A DNA stretch of 52,269 nucleotides, from NCBI GenBank assembly GCA_016932915.1, contig JAFGBY010000112.1:1-52269 (forward strand), written 5' to 3'. Position 1 is the first letter of the stretch, and every line of letters starts with the position of its first letter. Below the pieces are notes generated by a model, which saw nothing but the letters and a program-made list of their open reading frames with translations, was not told the DNA's origin and did no database searches. This document shows, in pieces, positions 10,141 through 20,426 of this stretch. A program made the position numbers and the translations under genes. The stretch is from Acidobacteriota bacterium (GTDB taxonomy: Bacteria; Acidobacteriota; DATKUA01; JAFGBY01).

Positions 10141-11187
10141 ATGCAGGGAAAAAAGACCGAATGTAAGCTCCCGGGAATCGATACTATCGGTGGTCAGGCG
10201 ATCATCGAAGGCGTGATGATGCGCTCACCCAACGCGATGGCGGTGGCCGTGAGGAGAAAAAGCGGCGGCCTCGTGATTCGGAGCGAAAATGTAAAACCCA
10301 GGCCCGAAAACAGTATCTGGAAAAAGCCGTTTTTTAGAGGTGTTGCCATGTTGGGTAGTAGCCTGGTAATCGGGATGAAGGCGATAAACTTCTCCGCTTC
10401 AGTATATGAAGAAGAATTGATCAAAGAAGAAGAGAAGAACCCCAAGAAAAAGAAACAAAAAGAAAAAAAGATAAAAAAGAACAAGAAACAGGTAGAGAAG
10501 CCGAAGCGCGATGGAATGTCTCCATTCGAACTTATCTTTTCAGTTACAATTGCCCTGGGAATGGTTATTGTTCTTTATAAAGTGATACCTTTGATTTTTG
10601 CCGGATGGCTGAAAGATCTCTCACCGTTTTTCGCAAACACAGTGACTTTTAATCTTGTGGATGCGATTGTAAAGACTTGCATCCTGATTATGGTTCTCTG
10701 GGGAATGTCCATTATGAGCGATGTGAAGAGAATGTACCAGTATCATGGCGCTGAACATATGGCGGTTTTCACGTATGAAGCTGATAAATCCTTATCGGTT
10801 GATAATGCCTGGGAGTACGATACCCTCCACCCGCGCTGCGGTACGAATTTTCTTATTTTAGTATTTGTTGTCAGTCTGTTTTTCTTCCTGGCAATAGACC
10901 CTGAATGGCCTTTCGTATGGAAGTTGAGCCTTCGATTATTGCTTCTTCCTGGTATTGCAGGAGTTACTTATGAAGTGATGAAATGGGGTTCCAAACATAT
11001 GGATAAACCTTTTGTCCGTGGATTAATGGCTCCTGGATTGGCTCTGCAGAGAATTACCACCAGTAAACCGGATAAAGGACAGGTTGAAGTGGCCCTGGCA
11101 GCGGTGAAGGAAGTCATTGAACGTGAGAAGAATCCTTCTGACGGTAAAAAAGTTTATGAAATACCGCAGGACTCTTTATCTTATTAA
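10141..11187 (+). CDS. DUF1385 family membrane protein (putative metal-dependent enzyme)
   Basis: IGGQAIIEGVMMRSP, YHGAEH, HPRCGTNF, PGLALQRITT motifs; conserved context rpmE-DUF1385-prfA. Confidence 0.88.
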   Translation: MQGKKTECKLPGIDTIGGQAIIEGVMMRSPNAMAVAVRRKSGGLVIRSENVKPRPENSIWKKPFFRGVAMLGSSLVIGMKAINFSASVYEEELIKEEEKNPKKKKQKEKKIKKNKKQVEKPKRDGMSPFELIFSVTIALGMVIVLYKVIPLIFAGWLKDLSPFFANTVTFNLVDAIVKTCILIMVLWGMSIMSDVKRMYQYHGAEHMAVFTYEADKSLSVDNAWEYDTLHPRCGTNFLILVFVVSLFFFLAIDPEWPFVWKLSLRLLLLPGIAGVTYEVMKWGSKHMDKPFVRGLMAPGLALQRITTSKPDKGQVEVALAAVKEVIEREKNPSDGKKVYEIPQDSLSY

Positions 11188-11208
11188 ACCTTTTTAGCAG
11201 GTGTTATT

Positions 11209-12288
11209 ATGTTTAAAAAGCTTGATGAACTGGAGATTAAGCATCAACAATTAACCGAACGTATGGCTGACCCAGAGGTCATTGCCAACCAGGAATTGTA
11301 TAAAACTTTACTTGGTGAATATTCGGATATCGCACCCACAATTAAGCTTTACAAGGAATATAAAAAACTTGAGAAGAAGTATGTTGAAGCCGAAGAACTG
11401 CTGAAAGATAAAGACCTTGATGATGAAATGAAAGAAATGGCGCAAGAGGAAGTGGAAACTCTGGAAGAAAAACGCGGCGAACTGATCGAAAAGCTGGAGC
11501 TGAGCCTGGTGCCCACTGATCCAAAGGATAAGAGCAACGCGATCCTCGAAATACGTGCCGGAACGGGTGGGGATGAAGCGACGCTTTTTGCTCAGGACCT
11601 GTTCCGTATGTATACGCGTTTTGCTGAACGCGAAAACTGGAAGATGGAGATACTCAACTCCAATTATACAGGAGTTGGAGGGGTGAAAGAAATAATTGCG
11701 CAGTTAAACGGTAAAGGCGCTTACGGGATGCTGAAATATGAAAGTGGTGTCCATCGAGTACAGAGAGTTCCAAAAACCGAGGCAAGCGGAAGGATTCACA
11801 CCTCCGCAGTTACTGTTGCGGTTTTACCGGAGATCGAGGATGTGGAAATCGAAATTGATGAAAATGAACTCCGGATCGACCGTTTTTGTTCGAGCGGCCC
11901 TGGTGGCCAGTCTGTAAACACGACATACTCTGCAATCCGCATCACACACCTTCCCACAGGGTTAGTTGTAAGCTGCCAGGATGAAAAATCACAGATCAAA
12001 AACAAGGAGCGGGCGATGAAGGTCCTTCGTTCCAGGTTATATGAGATGAAACTCCGTGAACAACAAAATGCAGTTGCAGCGGAACGCAAAAGCCAGATCG
12101 GATCGGGCGACAGAAGTGAGAAAATCCGTACATACAACTTTCCCCAGGGACGGGTAACCGATCACAGGATAGGCTTGACCTTGTACAGGCTTGAAGGAAT
12201 CCTCGACGGCGATATCTATGAATTTTGCGAAAACCTTCATGTTCATTACGCGAAAGCGGCCTTGGAAGAAGCCGTTAAAAAACTGTAA
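11209..12288 (+). CDS. prfA: Peptide chain release factor 1
   Basis: [14 protein letters not shown] recognition motif, [18 protein letters not shown]. Confidence 0.98.
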   Translation: MFKKLDELEIKHQQLTERMADPEVIANQELYKTLLGEYSDIAPTIKLYKEYKKLEKKYVEAEELLKDKDLDDEMKEMAQEEVETLEEKRGELIEKLELSLVPTDPKDKSNAILEIRAGTGGDEATLFAQDLFRMYTRFAERENWKMEILNSNYTGVGGVKEIIAQLNGKGAYGMLKYESGVHRVQRVPKTEASGRIHTSAVTVAVLPEIEDVEIEIDENELRIDRFCSSGPGGQSVNTTYSAIRITHLPTGLVVSCQDEKSQIKNKERAMKVLRSRLYEMKLREQQNAVAAERKSQIGSGDRSEKIRTYNFPQGRVTDHRIGLTLYRLEGILDGDIYEFCENLHVHYAKAALEEAVKKL

Positions 12289-12317
12289 TATTTTCCTCTG
12301 TAATATGAGGTCCTCAT

Positions 12318-13211
12318 TTGTGTGGTAAAACCATATCCGAGCTTATCAAACAAGGCACTGAAATTCTTAAATCAGCTTGTGATACCGATGCACCTAGAAC
12401 TGCAAGGCTTATTCTTGGGCAAGTACTCAGTTTTACTGAAACTCAGCTGATCGCTCATTCGGATGAAAATGTTTCCGGATATTCAGAAGAAAGATATCTC
12501 GATTTGATATCGCGTCGGGCAGCAGGCGAACCACTTCAATATATCCTTGGTGAGTGGGAATTCTATGGCAGGAAATTCATCACAAATCCAGGGGCGTTTA
12601 TACCGAGGCCAGAAACGGAATTTATTATCGATGCAATCAAATCACGTGTTGATAACAATAGATTACTGAATATCCTTGAGATAGGAACGGGTAGTGGAGC
12701 AATCTCTGTAACCCTGGCCGCTGAATTACCGAAAATCAGGATTATCGCTACGGATGTCAACCCGGCATCTTCTGAGTTGGCGAAACAAAACGCGGCTTTA
12801 AACGGAGTCGAGGATAGAATATCATTTCTTACAGGGGATGGCCTGGATGTATTCAGGAAAAAAACATACTTCGATATTGTGGTCACAAATCCGCCTTATG
12901 TTCCTGATGCTGCGTTTGAGAGGCTACAGCGGGAGATTATTGAATACGAACCGAGAGTAGCGTTTGTTGGAGGTCCGGATGGGCTGGATTTTATACGAAG
13001 GATTATACTTCCAGGTTTTTCGGGCAATAGTGATCATCCGATTGTCAGTGATATTCTAAAACCTGAAGGGTTATTTGTCTCTGAAATCGGCTGGAGCCAG
13101 AGGCAGGGGTTCAGCGATATTATCGAAAATTCAGATTCAATGGTTCTCGAAGAAGTCATTGAGGATTATAATGGCATCCCCCGCACGATGGTCTGCTCAA
13201 GGAAATACTAG
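12318..13211 (+). CDS. prmC: Release factor glutamine methyltransferase
   Basis: GEPLQYILG, IPRPETE, EIGTGSGAI, NPPY; TTG start after GAGG; follows prfA. Confidence 0.95.
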   Translation: MCGKTISELIKQGTEILKSACDTDAPRTARLILGQVLSFTETQLIAHSDENVSGYSEERYLDLISRRAAGEPLQYILGEWEFYGRKFITNPGAFIPRPETEFIIDAIKSRVDNNRLLNILEIGTGSGAISVTLAAELPKIRIIATDVNPASSELAKQNAALNGVEDRISFLTGDGLDVFRKKTYFDIVVTNPPYVPDAAFERLQREIIEYEPRVAFVGGPDGLDFIRRIILPGFSGNSDHPIVSDILKPEGLFVSEIGWSQRQGFSDIIENSDSMVLEEVIEDYNGIPRTMVCSRKY

Positions 13212-13268
13212 GTTTTTTTTTCTGTCCACTTCTGGTAAAATGTCTTTAATCATTGGAAGGAATACATT

Positions 13269-13742
13269 ATGTCTTCAGATATCGTAAAGCTCATTGTATC
13301 AATCATCATTTGTCAACTTGCTGGTGTAATTGGTTCATTTTTCACTATCAGTTCCGTTAATTCATGGTATGCAGGGATCAATAAACCTTCTTTTACGCCT
13401 CCAAGCGGTGTTTTCGGCCCGGTATGGATAAGTTTTTTTATATTAATGGGGATTTCACTGTTCCTGGTCTGGAGAAAAGGATTACAAGCCGACTATGTAA
13501 AAACGGCTTTAATCATTTTCGGAATCCATCTAGTTCTTAATACCCTATGGTCCATAATGTTCTTTGGTCTTAAGTCGCCATTATTGGGTTTGATAGAGAT
13601 TGTGATATTGTGGTTTGCGATTGTCCTTACGGCATTTTTTTTCTGGAAGGTTTCCAGGCCGGCTGCATTATTGCTGATTCCGTATTTCTTGTGGGTTTCT
13701 TTTGCGACATTTTTAACGTATTCAATCTGGAGATTGAACTAA
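13269..13742 (+). CDS. tspO: TspO/MBR family tryptophan-rich sensory protein
   Basis: WYAGINKPSFTPP..VFGPVW, LNTLWSIMFFG, LLIPYFLWVSFA; 5 TM segments. Confidence 0.93.
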   Translation: MSSDIVKLIVSIIICQLAGVIGSFFTISSVNSWYAGINKPSFTPPSGVFGPVWISFFILMGISLFLVWRKGLQADYVKTALIIFGIHLVLNTLWSIMFFGLKSPLLGLIEIVILWFAIVLTAFFFWKVSRPAALLLIPYFLWVSFATFLTYSIWRLN

Positions 13743-13760
13743 TTTCGACTGTACCATTTG

Positions 13761-15098
13761 TCAGGGATAAAGCGTTATATACTTTTCAACGTCGAATTTT
13801 CTCTTGGCGCCGTTAAAATTCATATAACGGATTTTACCGAATATTTCACGCTCCCTCCACGGCCTGTCGTGCAGCCCACCAATGCTCCAGGCGATGCCTG
13901 TGTAACCGTTCGGGTCTCGTCCGTCCAATTCGTATTTATCATTAAGGTAAATTGCTATCTCATATGCTTTTTCCGGTGATTCACTCCATTCGAGGATTTT
14001 TTTCGCCCAATACATTCTCATATATCCATGCATTTTCCCGGTAACGACCATTTCATTCTGAGCAGCGTTCCATAACCTGTCATGTGTTATACCCTGTTCA
14101 AATTCCTCCAGGGAATAGATGTATTCTCGCCTGTCTTTTCTGTGGTCGTCAAGAGTCTGTTTTGCCCATGTATGTAGTCCGTTAAAATTATCGTAATCAG
14201 GATTGTAATAGCAGAAGTTATCCGCCAGTTCTCGTCTTACTATTAATTCTTCAAGGAATCCATCTATAGTGTCTGAGTCCATGCCTGCTTTTTTTACCTC
14301 CAGCGCGACCTTTTGAGCTGATATCTGGCCGAAATGCAGATAAGGAGATAAACCTGAAACTGCATTCGCAGTGGGGTCATTCCTTTTATCGTTATAATGT
14401 TCTAGTTTTGTATGTATAAATTTGTCTAATACTTTTCGTGCTTCTTTTTCACCTGATTTAAATGAGATAGGGGTTTCGGAGTCGGCGGAGTGAGGAATGA
14501 AGCTATACAACTTGTTCCAATCATTGATAATCTCCGATTCGACTGTTTTCGGTTGATAATCCAGTTCCGGGAATTCGACAAGGTAATCCGGAAGTAGTTT
14601 TTTTATTTTAGGCCGTATTGTATATGCGCCATACTCCTGTTTACTTGATGCAGTCCATATAGGAACTATGTTATGAGTATCAACTTCAAAAAAAGGAATT
14701 GAAATAAGGTGAGAGATTTCATCTTTCCATTTACGTTTGATTTTGAGGGGATCAAAATCTGTGACGAGTGTTCCGGCAGTGACAGAGTTCAGGAAAGAAG
14801 GAATTTCTTGTATCGGATTACCGGAAAGTATAATAAATGGTATCTTTTTCTTTCTTAGCGATTCTTCGGTTTCCTGCAAACCATCCAGCATAAAACGGTA
14901 CTGGCGCGAACCAGCTCCCAGGAATTCCGGTATGAGACAGAAAATGACCAGGCATCCGACATTATTTTCTTTTGCCAGAGAAATTGAATATAAAAGAGCC
15001 CAGTTGTCACTGGCCCGTTGATCCCTGCTCATCCAATAGATAACAGGGCCATTTACTGGCTTATCCAGGTTGTTGAGGTTTTTTACCCTGTCGTTCAA
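13761..15098 (-). CDS. phrB: Class II CPD DNA photolyase
   Basis: [63 protein letters not shown]. Confidence 0.95.
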   Translation of the reverse strand: MNDRVKNLNNLDKPVNGPVIYWMSRDQRASDNWALLYSISLAKENNVGCLVIFCLIPEFLGAGSRQYRFMLDGLQETEESLRKKKIPFIILSGNPIQEIPSFLNSVTAGTLVTDFDPLKIKRKWKDEISHLISIPFFEVDTHNIVPIWTASSKQEYGAYTIRPKIKKLLPDYLVEFPELDYQPKTVESEIINDWNKLYSFIPHSADSETPISFKSGEKEARKVLDKFIHTKLEHYNDKRNDPTANAVSGLSPYLHFGQISAQKVALEVKKAGMDSDTIDGFLEELIVRRELADNFCYYNPDYDNFNGLHTWAKQTLDDHRKDRREYIYSLEEFEQGITHDRLWNAAQNEMVVTGKMHGYMRMYWAKKILEWSESPEKAYEIAIYLNDKYELDGRDPNGYTGIAWSIGGLHDRPWREREIFGKIRYMNFNGAKRKFDVEKYITLYP

Positions 15099-15108
15099 AT
15101 CTTAGTTA

Positions 15109-16167
15109 TTATCGCTCCATTTGATATTGGCTGGTTATCATTGGCATTAAATCATCAAACATACGGAGGAGATCATCCCAGTACGTATCGAAATCATATT
15201 TCATATATGTTGAAACAGATTTGTTTTTTTTATCAATTTTGATTTTTACATCCTCGAAAGCCTTACATATTCCAGGATAATTAGAATACATTCCCTGTGC
15301 CATTTTAAAATACCCGGACAAATAGCTTTTTAATGGCTCTAGCCGGTTTTCATCATTTAGGTACATAACCATAGTTGATGCACTGTTTTTTCCGGCTACT
15401 AGTCCATCAGCATAGAGACAATCAAGCCCTTTTAATAACGGATTTGAATCGAATCCATTTTGCATTTCTGGATATGCCTTGATTTCTTCAGGGATTGTCA
15501 TTAATAGCCAATATGTTTTATCCTGGGTTTTTATCCTATTTAGTTCTTTCAGACGGGGATTTTTACTTTCCGAATCAGAAGCTGGTTCTAACAAAGAATA
15601 TCCCCATTCCATTGAATCAATATTAGGTGTAACCATAAATAGGTTTTCTGTTGGGAAAGAAACAATCAGTTCTTCATTATTAGTATAGTACTTCTTACCC
15701 GCTATGCTCTTTTCAATTAAGGGAGTAGATAATAGATCATTTAGAGCTTTTATAATTAGTTGGTTTTTACCTTTTATGTTACCTTCCAGGATAAAACTGA
15801 CCATAGGTGAATCAGGTGTCTCAAGTTGCATTACTGCGATTACGCTGTAGATGTCCCGTTCAATATCGAGCTTAAGTTTGCTCATGAAATCTTTAACTAT
15901 TTTCCTGGAATTAATCGGTTCATTTTCTGTATTGGCTACTATTTTATCAATAAGCTTATATGTATCATCCAGGATATCAGTTTGTACTATATCCAGCCAT
16001 TTAAGGTAAAAGCTCATTGTTAATGTGTCTTCATCGAAAATCTTTTCCAGATTGATAAAACTGTTTTCGTGGACTGATATGTTTTTTGTAGCTTGATTAT
16101 CTGAATTTTTACAGGCAAACAGGCTTAGAAGTATAATAAATGCGATTATAAATACTTTATTCTTCAT
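15109..16167 (-). CDS. Uncharacterised lipoprotein (paralog B2 of duplicated pair)
   Basis: Lipobox-like LSLFAC after hydrophobic stretch; clearly homologous to 17359-18432. Confidence 0.8.
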   Translation of the reverse strand: MKNKVFIIAFIILLSLFACKNSDNQATKNISVHENSFINLEKIFDEDTLTMSFYLKWLDIVQTDILDDTYKLIDKIVANTENEPINSRKIVKDFMSKLKLDIERDIYSVIAVMQLETPDSPMVSFILEGNIKGKNQLIIKALNDLLSTPLIEKSIAGKKYYTNNEELIVSFPTENLFMVTPNIDSMEWGYSLLEPASDSESKNPRLKELNRIKTQDKTYWLLMTIPEEIKAYPEMQNGFDSNPLLKGLDCLYADGLVAGKNSASTMVMYLNDENRLEPLKSYLSGYFKMAQGMYSNYPGICKAFEDVKIKIDKKNKSVSTYMKYDFDTYWDDLLRMFDDLMPMITSQYQMER

Positions 16168-16173
16168 TTGTGT

Positions 16174-17307
16174 TTATTCCCCCTCTTCCATGAATGGGTC
16201 ATCCGGCATTTCTTCCTCTGGAAAATCATAGTATTCATTGTGGCCGGTCATTCTCTTTTTAAATTCTCCAACAGTTTTGACAAGGACTGTTCTCATATAG
16301 ACTTTCATATCGGAGAGGACTTCCTTGACCGAATATTTAAGGTGATAATTAACAGTATTCTTTTCCGGGTTTTCGCTGATTTTTGTCAGCTTTGAGATTT
16401 TTTGGGTGTAGGGATCATCACTATACTCACTTGTTGATATCATGTAATAGCCGTAAAACACCTGGTATAGTGATTTCCTTTTTTGAGGATTTGTTACATA
16501 AATATCGACATTTGATTCCTGGTAAGTTCCGTCATAGTTATCGGTAAATGTGATATAGTCAAAATAAAACAGATTGGCGAACATCATGGCTTCGGGAGCC
16601 TCACGCATTTGAAGCATAGCGAACTCTGAGAGATGTGCAATGCCCCATACTGCCGCATCTGTATCCAGGTCGTTCCATGTTTGATTGAACCTGTTGTCAT
16701 ATGCTGTTGGCTCGGAATCCATTTTTCCCAAGTTAAACAATTGTGACATAGATTCAGGAGTGAAAGCTATAATCAAATTCCCAGCAGTATCGAATGCGAA
16801 ATTGATACTTTTAAAATCGTCGTTAGTTGAATAGACTTTATACTCATTTATTGTTTTTTCTGTTAGTTCCACTTCCGCTGTTTTCTTAAACCAGCTGATC
16901 ATTTTTTCTTTATTGAAATTGCCTTCTAAAACTATAAAACCAAATAGATTCATTTTTTGGAACGACATCGAAAAGTGCATCATGAATTTACTGATGTCTT
17001 TCCTTATGTCTATATTCATTTCTTGAAGCGCTTTTGTTACGGTATCGATAGTTTGTTTCGCATAAGATTGATCAGATTGTTCAAGGCCTTCTATTGCATA
17101 TTGCAGCATGTTGGAAGATATGTCGTACATATCTGTCTTGTTATATTTCGCCCAATCAAGGACCAAGGTAATGGAAATATCATTGTCCGTAATAAGGGGC
17201 TTTAATTCTATTCCGCAGACCGTGTCTTTACATAAAACTCCCTGGGGTAATAATATAATTATTAGAATTAACAAATGTATTAGATTTATTCGATTGGATG
17301 AAATCAT
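16174..17307 (-). CDS. Uncharacterised exported protein (paralog A2)
   Basis: Signal peptide; 377 aa; strongly similar to 18439-19572 (DWAKYxKTDMYDIS, FTDNYDGT, KLTKISENPEKNTV). Confidence 0.8.
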   Translation of the reverse strand: MISSNRINLIHLLILIIILLPQGVLCKDTVCGIELKPLITDNDISITLVLDWAKYNKTDMYDISSNMLQYAIEGLEQSDQSYAKQTIDTVTKALQEMNIDIRKDISKFMMHFSMSFQKMNLFGFIVLEGNFNKEKMISWFKKTAEVELTEKTINEYKVYSTNDDFKSINFAFDTAGNLIIAFTPESMSQLFNLGKMDSEPTAYDNRFNQTWNDLDTDAAVWGIAHLSEFAMLQMREAPEAMMFANLFYFDYITFTDNYDGTYQESNVDIYVTNPQKRKSLYQVFYGYYMISTSEYSDDPYTQKISKLTKISENPEKNTVNYHLKYSVKEVLSDMKVYMRTVLVKTVGEFKKRMTGHNEYYDFPEEEMPDDPFMEEGE

Positions 17308-17358
17308 GTTTTTACTCCATTTTGTACGGGTTTTTAATATTTGTGTTTAAGATTTATT

Positions 17359-18432
17359 TCAACGATACCTTATATTTTCATAGCTGCCTAGCATAGGCAG
17401 CATATCATCGAGTTTCCTCACAAGGTCTTTGATAGAAACATCAAGATCAAATGTTGTATCCATCGAGACGGACTTCAGTTTTTTATCAATATTGTAATTC
17501 ATATTTTTTGAATGCTGCTGCAGCCCGGGATAATTAGATTCCATCAAACTGGTTTTTTCATTATACTTTTTCATGAAAGATAATGTTTCGTTAAGTATTT
17601 TATCATCGGAAACGTAGAAAACCATAGATTCTGTACTGTTTTTCCCGTTCATCTTTGAATCTCCACATATATACCTGATGTCATCCAGGTGTGGAAAAGC
17701 AATCAGACCTGATTCTTGCATTGATTCTTTTATAACTTCTCCAGGTTCCGTAACTAATATCCAGGCTGTATTATCCTTGTCCCTTAGCCTACAAATATCT
17801 TTAATAACAGGATCTTCTATTGATTCTTCTTTTCCGGGAAGTATCAAGTTCAATCCCCAATCCAACGATTCTTTATTGAGAGCGATCATAAAGGTTTTAT
17901 CATCGATAAATGAAAAAACCGGCATTTCTATACTATAGAGAGTGTGATAAACAAGGCCGCCAAAGGTTTTCTTTTCTGAAAGAGGATAAAACATCAGAGG
18001 GCTTATAGCATCAATAATTTGTTTATGCTTACCCTCGAAATTTCCCTGTATGATAAAAAATACATTCGGTTCATCAGGGTCATCGAGTTGAAGCACCGCC
18101 ATAAGATTATATATATCTTTCTCAATATCCAGTGACATTAATCCCAAAAACTCATCGACTGTATTTTTACTTTCAACTGAGGAGTAACTAACTCTGGATC
18201 CAATTTTATCTATCATTATATACAGATCATCCAATACTCCAGCAGCGACTACATCTTTCCAATTGAGGTGGATTGCGAAAGTGATTCCATCACAGTCTAA
18301 AAATCTTTCAATATCTAAAACATGTTTACCTTCTGCGAGTTCAATTGTCGGGTCCCATATCTTCCTTTCATTACATCCATAAAGGCAGAATAATATAAGA
18401 ATAGATATAATAACTATGTAATTTTTCTTCAT
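17359..18432 (-). CDS. Uncharacterised lipoprotein (paralog B1)
   Basis: Lipobox LYGC; LDIEKDIY..QL motif shared with 15109-16167. Confidence 0.8.
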   Translation of the reverse strand: MKKNYIVIISILILFCLYGCNERKIWDPTIELAEGKHVLDIERFLDCDGITFAIHLNWKDVVAAGVLDDLYIMIDKIGSRVSYSSVESKNTVDEFLGLMSLDIEKDIYNLMAVLQLDDPDEPNVFFIIQGNFEGKHKQIIDAISPLMFYPLSEKKTFGGLVYHTLYSIEMPVFSFIDDKTFMIALNKESLDWGLNLILPGKEESIEDPVIKDICRLRDKDNTAWILVTEPGEVIKESMQESGLIAFPHLDDIRYICGDSKMNGKNSTESMVFYVSDDKILNETLSFMKKYNEKTSLMESNYPGLQQHSKNMNYNIDKKLKSVSMDTTFDLDVSIKDLVRKLDDMLPMLGSYENIRYR

Positions 18433-18438
18433 AGCTTA

Positions 18439-19572
18439 TTATTTCTCCTTTTGTATAAAGGGGTCAGTTGATTTATCTCCTCCAGTTTTACCGTAGTATT
18501 CCTTCCCCTCGAATATTCTCTGCTTGATTTCCCTTACAGCCTCAACAACTATTTTTCTCATATAATTATTCATATCGGATAGGTGTTTCTTAATAGGATA
18601 TTTGAGATGGTAATAAACAGTATTTTTTTCGGGATTTTCACTAATCTTCGTTAGTTTTGACATTTTATCCATATAAGGATCGTTACTATACATGCTTTTT
18701 GAAAGCATGTAGTATCCATAAAATATATTATACATTGGAGTTCTTTTTTTTGGATTTGATACATAGATATCAAACCTTGTTTCCTGGTTTGTCCCATCAT
18801 AATTATCAGTGAAAACCATGTAATCACAGTATAATAAATTAGCAAACATAGCAGTATGTTGGCTTTCACGCACTTTGCTCATGATAGATTCTGAAATATA
18901 ACCAATTCCCCAGACTATTACATCCTTATCCAGTTCCTTCCAGATCCGGTCGAAACGTTGATCCCTCGGTGTTGGCACAGAGGTTTTACCTTTTAATGAT
19001 AGTAATGGTTTTAAAGCGTCCATCCCAAATGCCAGGATCAGGTTACCTTTACTATCAAATGTGAAATTTACTGCCTCCATGGTATCTTCTACGTAATAGA
19101 TTTTATAATTGTCTTTCTTCTTAGTCAGAAATTTTACACCTGTAGTTTTTTCGAACCAAGTGACGATTTTCTCTTCATTAAGTTTTCCTTCGAGAATCAT
19201 ATAACCGAGTAGGTCGAATTTATCTGTGGTGATTGAGAAATGCATCAGGACTCCCTTGATGTCTTTTTTAATATCCAGATTCATCTCCCGGAGAGCTTTA
19301 GTGACAACATTTATAGCTTCACGAACATATTGCTGATCAGATCGATCCAAACCTTGAATAGCATATTCAAACATATCGACTGATATATCATACATATCAG
19401 TTTTCATATATTTAGCCCAATCCATTACCATGGTAAATGACAAATTCTTGCCTTTCATCAGAGGTTTTATTTCGATCCCAGCAACTTTATCTTTACATAA
19501 TGTTGATTGTGGAATTATTAGAATGAGTATTATTGATATAGATATTAAAATATTTCGGTTGGAAAAAATCAT
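18439..19572 (-). CDS. Uncharacterised exported protein (paralog A1)
   Basis: Signal peptide; 377 aa; SD GGAG; paralog of 16174-17307. Confidence 0.8.
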   Translation of the reverse strand: MIFSNRNILISISIILILIIPQSTLCKDKVAGIEIKPLMKGKNLSFTMVMDWAKYMKTDMYDISVDMFEYAIQGLDRSDQQYVREAINVVTKALREMNLDIKKDIKGVLMHFSITTDKFDLLGYMILEGKLNEEKIVTWFEKTTGVKFLTKKKDNYKIYYVEDTMEAVNFTFDSKGNLILAFGMDALKPLLSLKGKTSVPTPRDQRFDRIWKELDKDVIVWGIGYISESIMSKVRESQHTAMFANLLYCDYMVFTDNYDGTNQETRFDIYVSNPKKRTPMYNIFYGYYMLSKSMYSNDPYMDKMSKLTKISENPEKNTVYYHLKYPIKKHLSDMNNYMRKIVVEAVREIKQRIFEGKEYYGKTGGDKSTDPFIQKEK

Positions 19573-19700
19573 GAATTTACTCCATTTTTTATGTATCTAT
19601 TCTACATTATTATTGAATCAATAAACACATTTTAATAAGGTATTTTGTCTTTTTACTGTGATGGGTTAGAATTAACTGTTTTACTTATAAGAGTTAAAAA

Positions 19701-20321
19701 ATGGAAACATACCGTACCGTTGAGAAAGAAACGGGGCCTGAATTACTGAAAGAAAAAGGCTCAAAATTTATATCCTATCTCTATCCTGTGGAATCATCGG
19801 ACCAGGCGGAGAACCTGATACACAACCTCCGGAAGGAATACCACGACTCGACCCATGTCTGTTATGCCTATCGTTTGGGAGAGGGGGAGGAGACCTATTT
19901 TCGCTATAATGATGATGGAGAACCGAACGGGACAGCCGGTGTTCCTATTTATAATGAAATTAAGCGACAGGAACTGTTCAATGTCCTTCTTGCGGTAGTA
20001 AGGTATTTCGGTGGCACGAAACTAGGTACGGGCGGATTGACCAGGGCTTATGGTGGTTCCGCCCGAATGGCTGTAGATTCGGCAAAAATTCTGACGAAGG
20101 TCATTGCTACGGAAATTGAAATTGAAATCCCGTTTTCTTTCATTGGTGATATGATGGGTATTATTAATCAAATCGGTTGTGAAATACAAAACCAGGATTA
20201 TGCCGAAGACGGTGTAATCATGAGAATTGTAATACCCAGAAGTAAACTTACCTCATTCCGGGACGTCTTAAAAGATAAGAGTGCAGGGAAAATAATAATA
20301 CCTGAATCACACTCTTACTAA
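19701..20321 (+). CDS. yigZ: YigZ/IMPACT family protein
   Basis: EKGSKF, THVCYAY, DDGEPNGTAG, VVRYFGGTKLGTGGLTRAY. Confidence 0.93.
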   Translation: METYRTVEKETGPELLKEKGSKFISYLYPVESSDQAENLIHNLRKEYHDSTHVCYAYRLGEGEETYFRYNDDGEPNGTAGVPIYNEIKRQELFNVLLAVVRYFGGTKLGTGGLTRAYGGSARMAVDSAKILTKVIATEIEIEIPFSFIGDMMGIINQIGCEIQNQDYAEDGVIMRIVIPRSKLTSFRDVLKDKSAGKIIIPESHSY

Positions 20322-20349
20322 TCTGTACGTAATATAATTACGTGTAACT

Positions 20350-20377
20350 TGAAACCAGATATACGAAATTACGTATA
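20350..20377 (+). promoter_or_regulatory. ECF sigma (SigW-type) promoter upstream of DUF4097 lipoprotein
   Basis: TGAAAC(20350-55)-N16-CGTATA(20372-77), an exact match to the TGAAAC-N16-CGTA consensus. Confidence 0.65.
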
Positions 20378-20426
20378 TTAACTATTGAGACGTTATTTAA
20401 GTTTACAAACCGTGGGAGATTATGAA

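Larger units (their letters stand above)
15109..19590 (-). repeat. Diverged tandem duplication of a two-gene unit, period 2265 bp
   Basis: Offsets 19572-17307 = 18432-16167 = 18439-16174 = 2265; both A-B spacers are 6 nt; shared 5' sequence TTTACTCCATTTT (plus strand) upstream of both A genes. Confidence 0.85.

Noticed and set aside
10408-10510. Lys/Glu-rich A-tract stretch in DUF1385 as a frameshift or slippage site
   Set aside because: The reading frame is intact with conserved motifs on both sides; this is a low-complexity loop.
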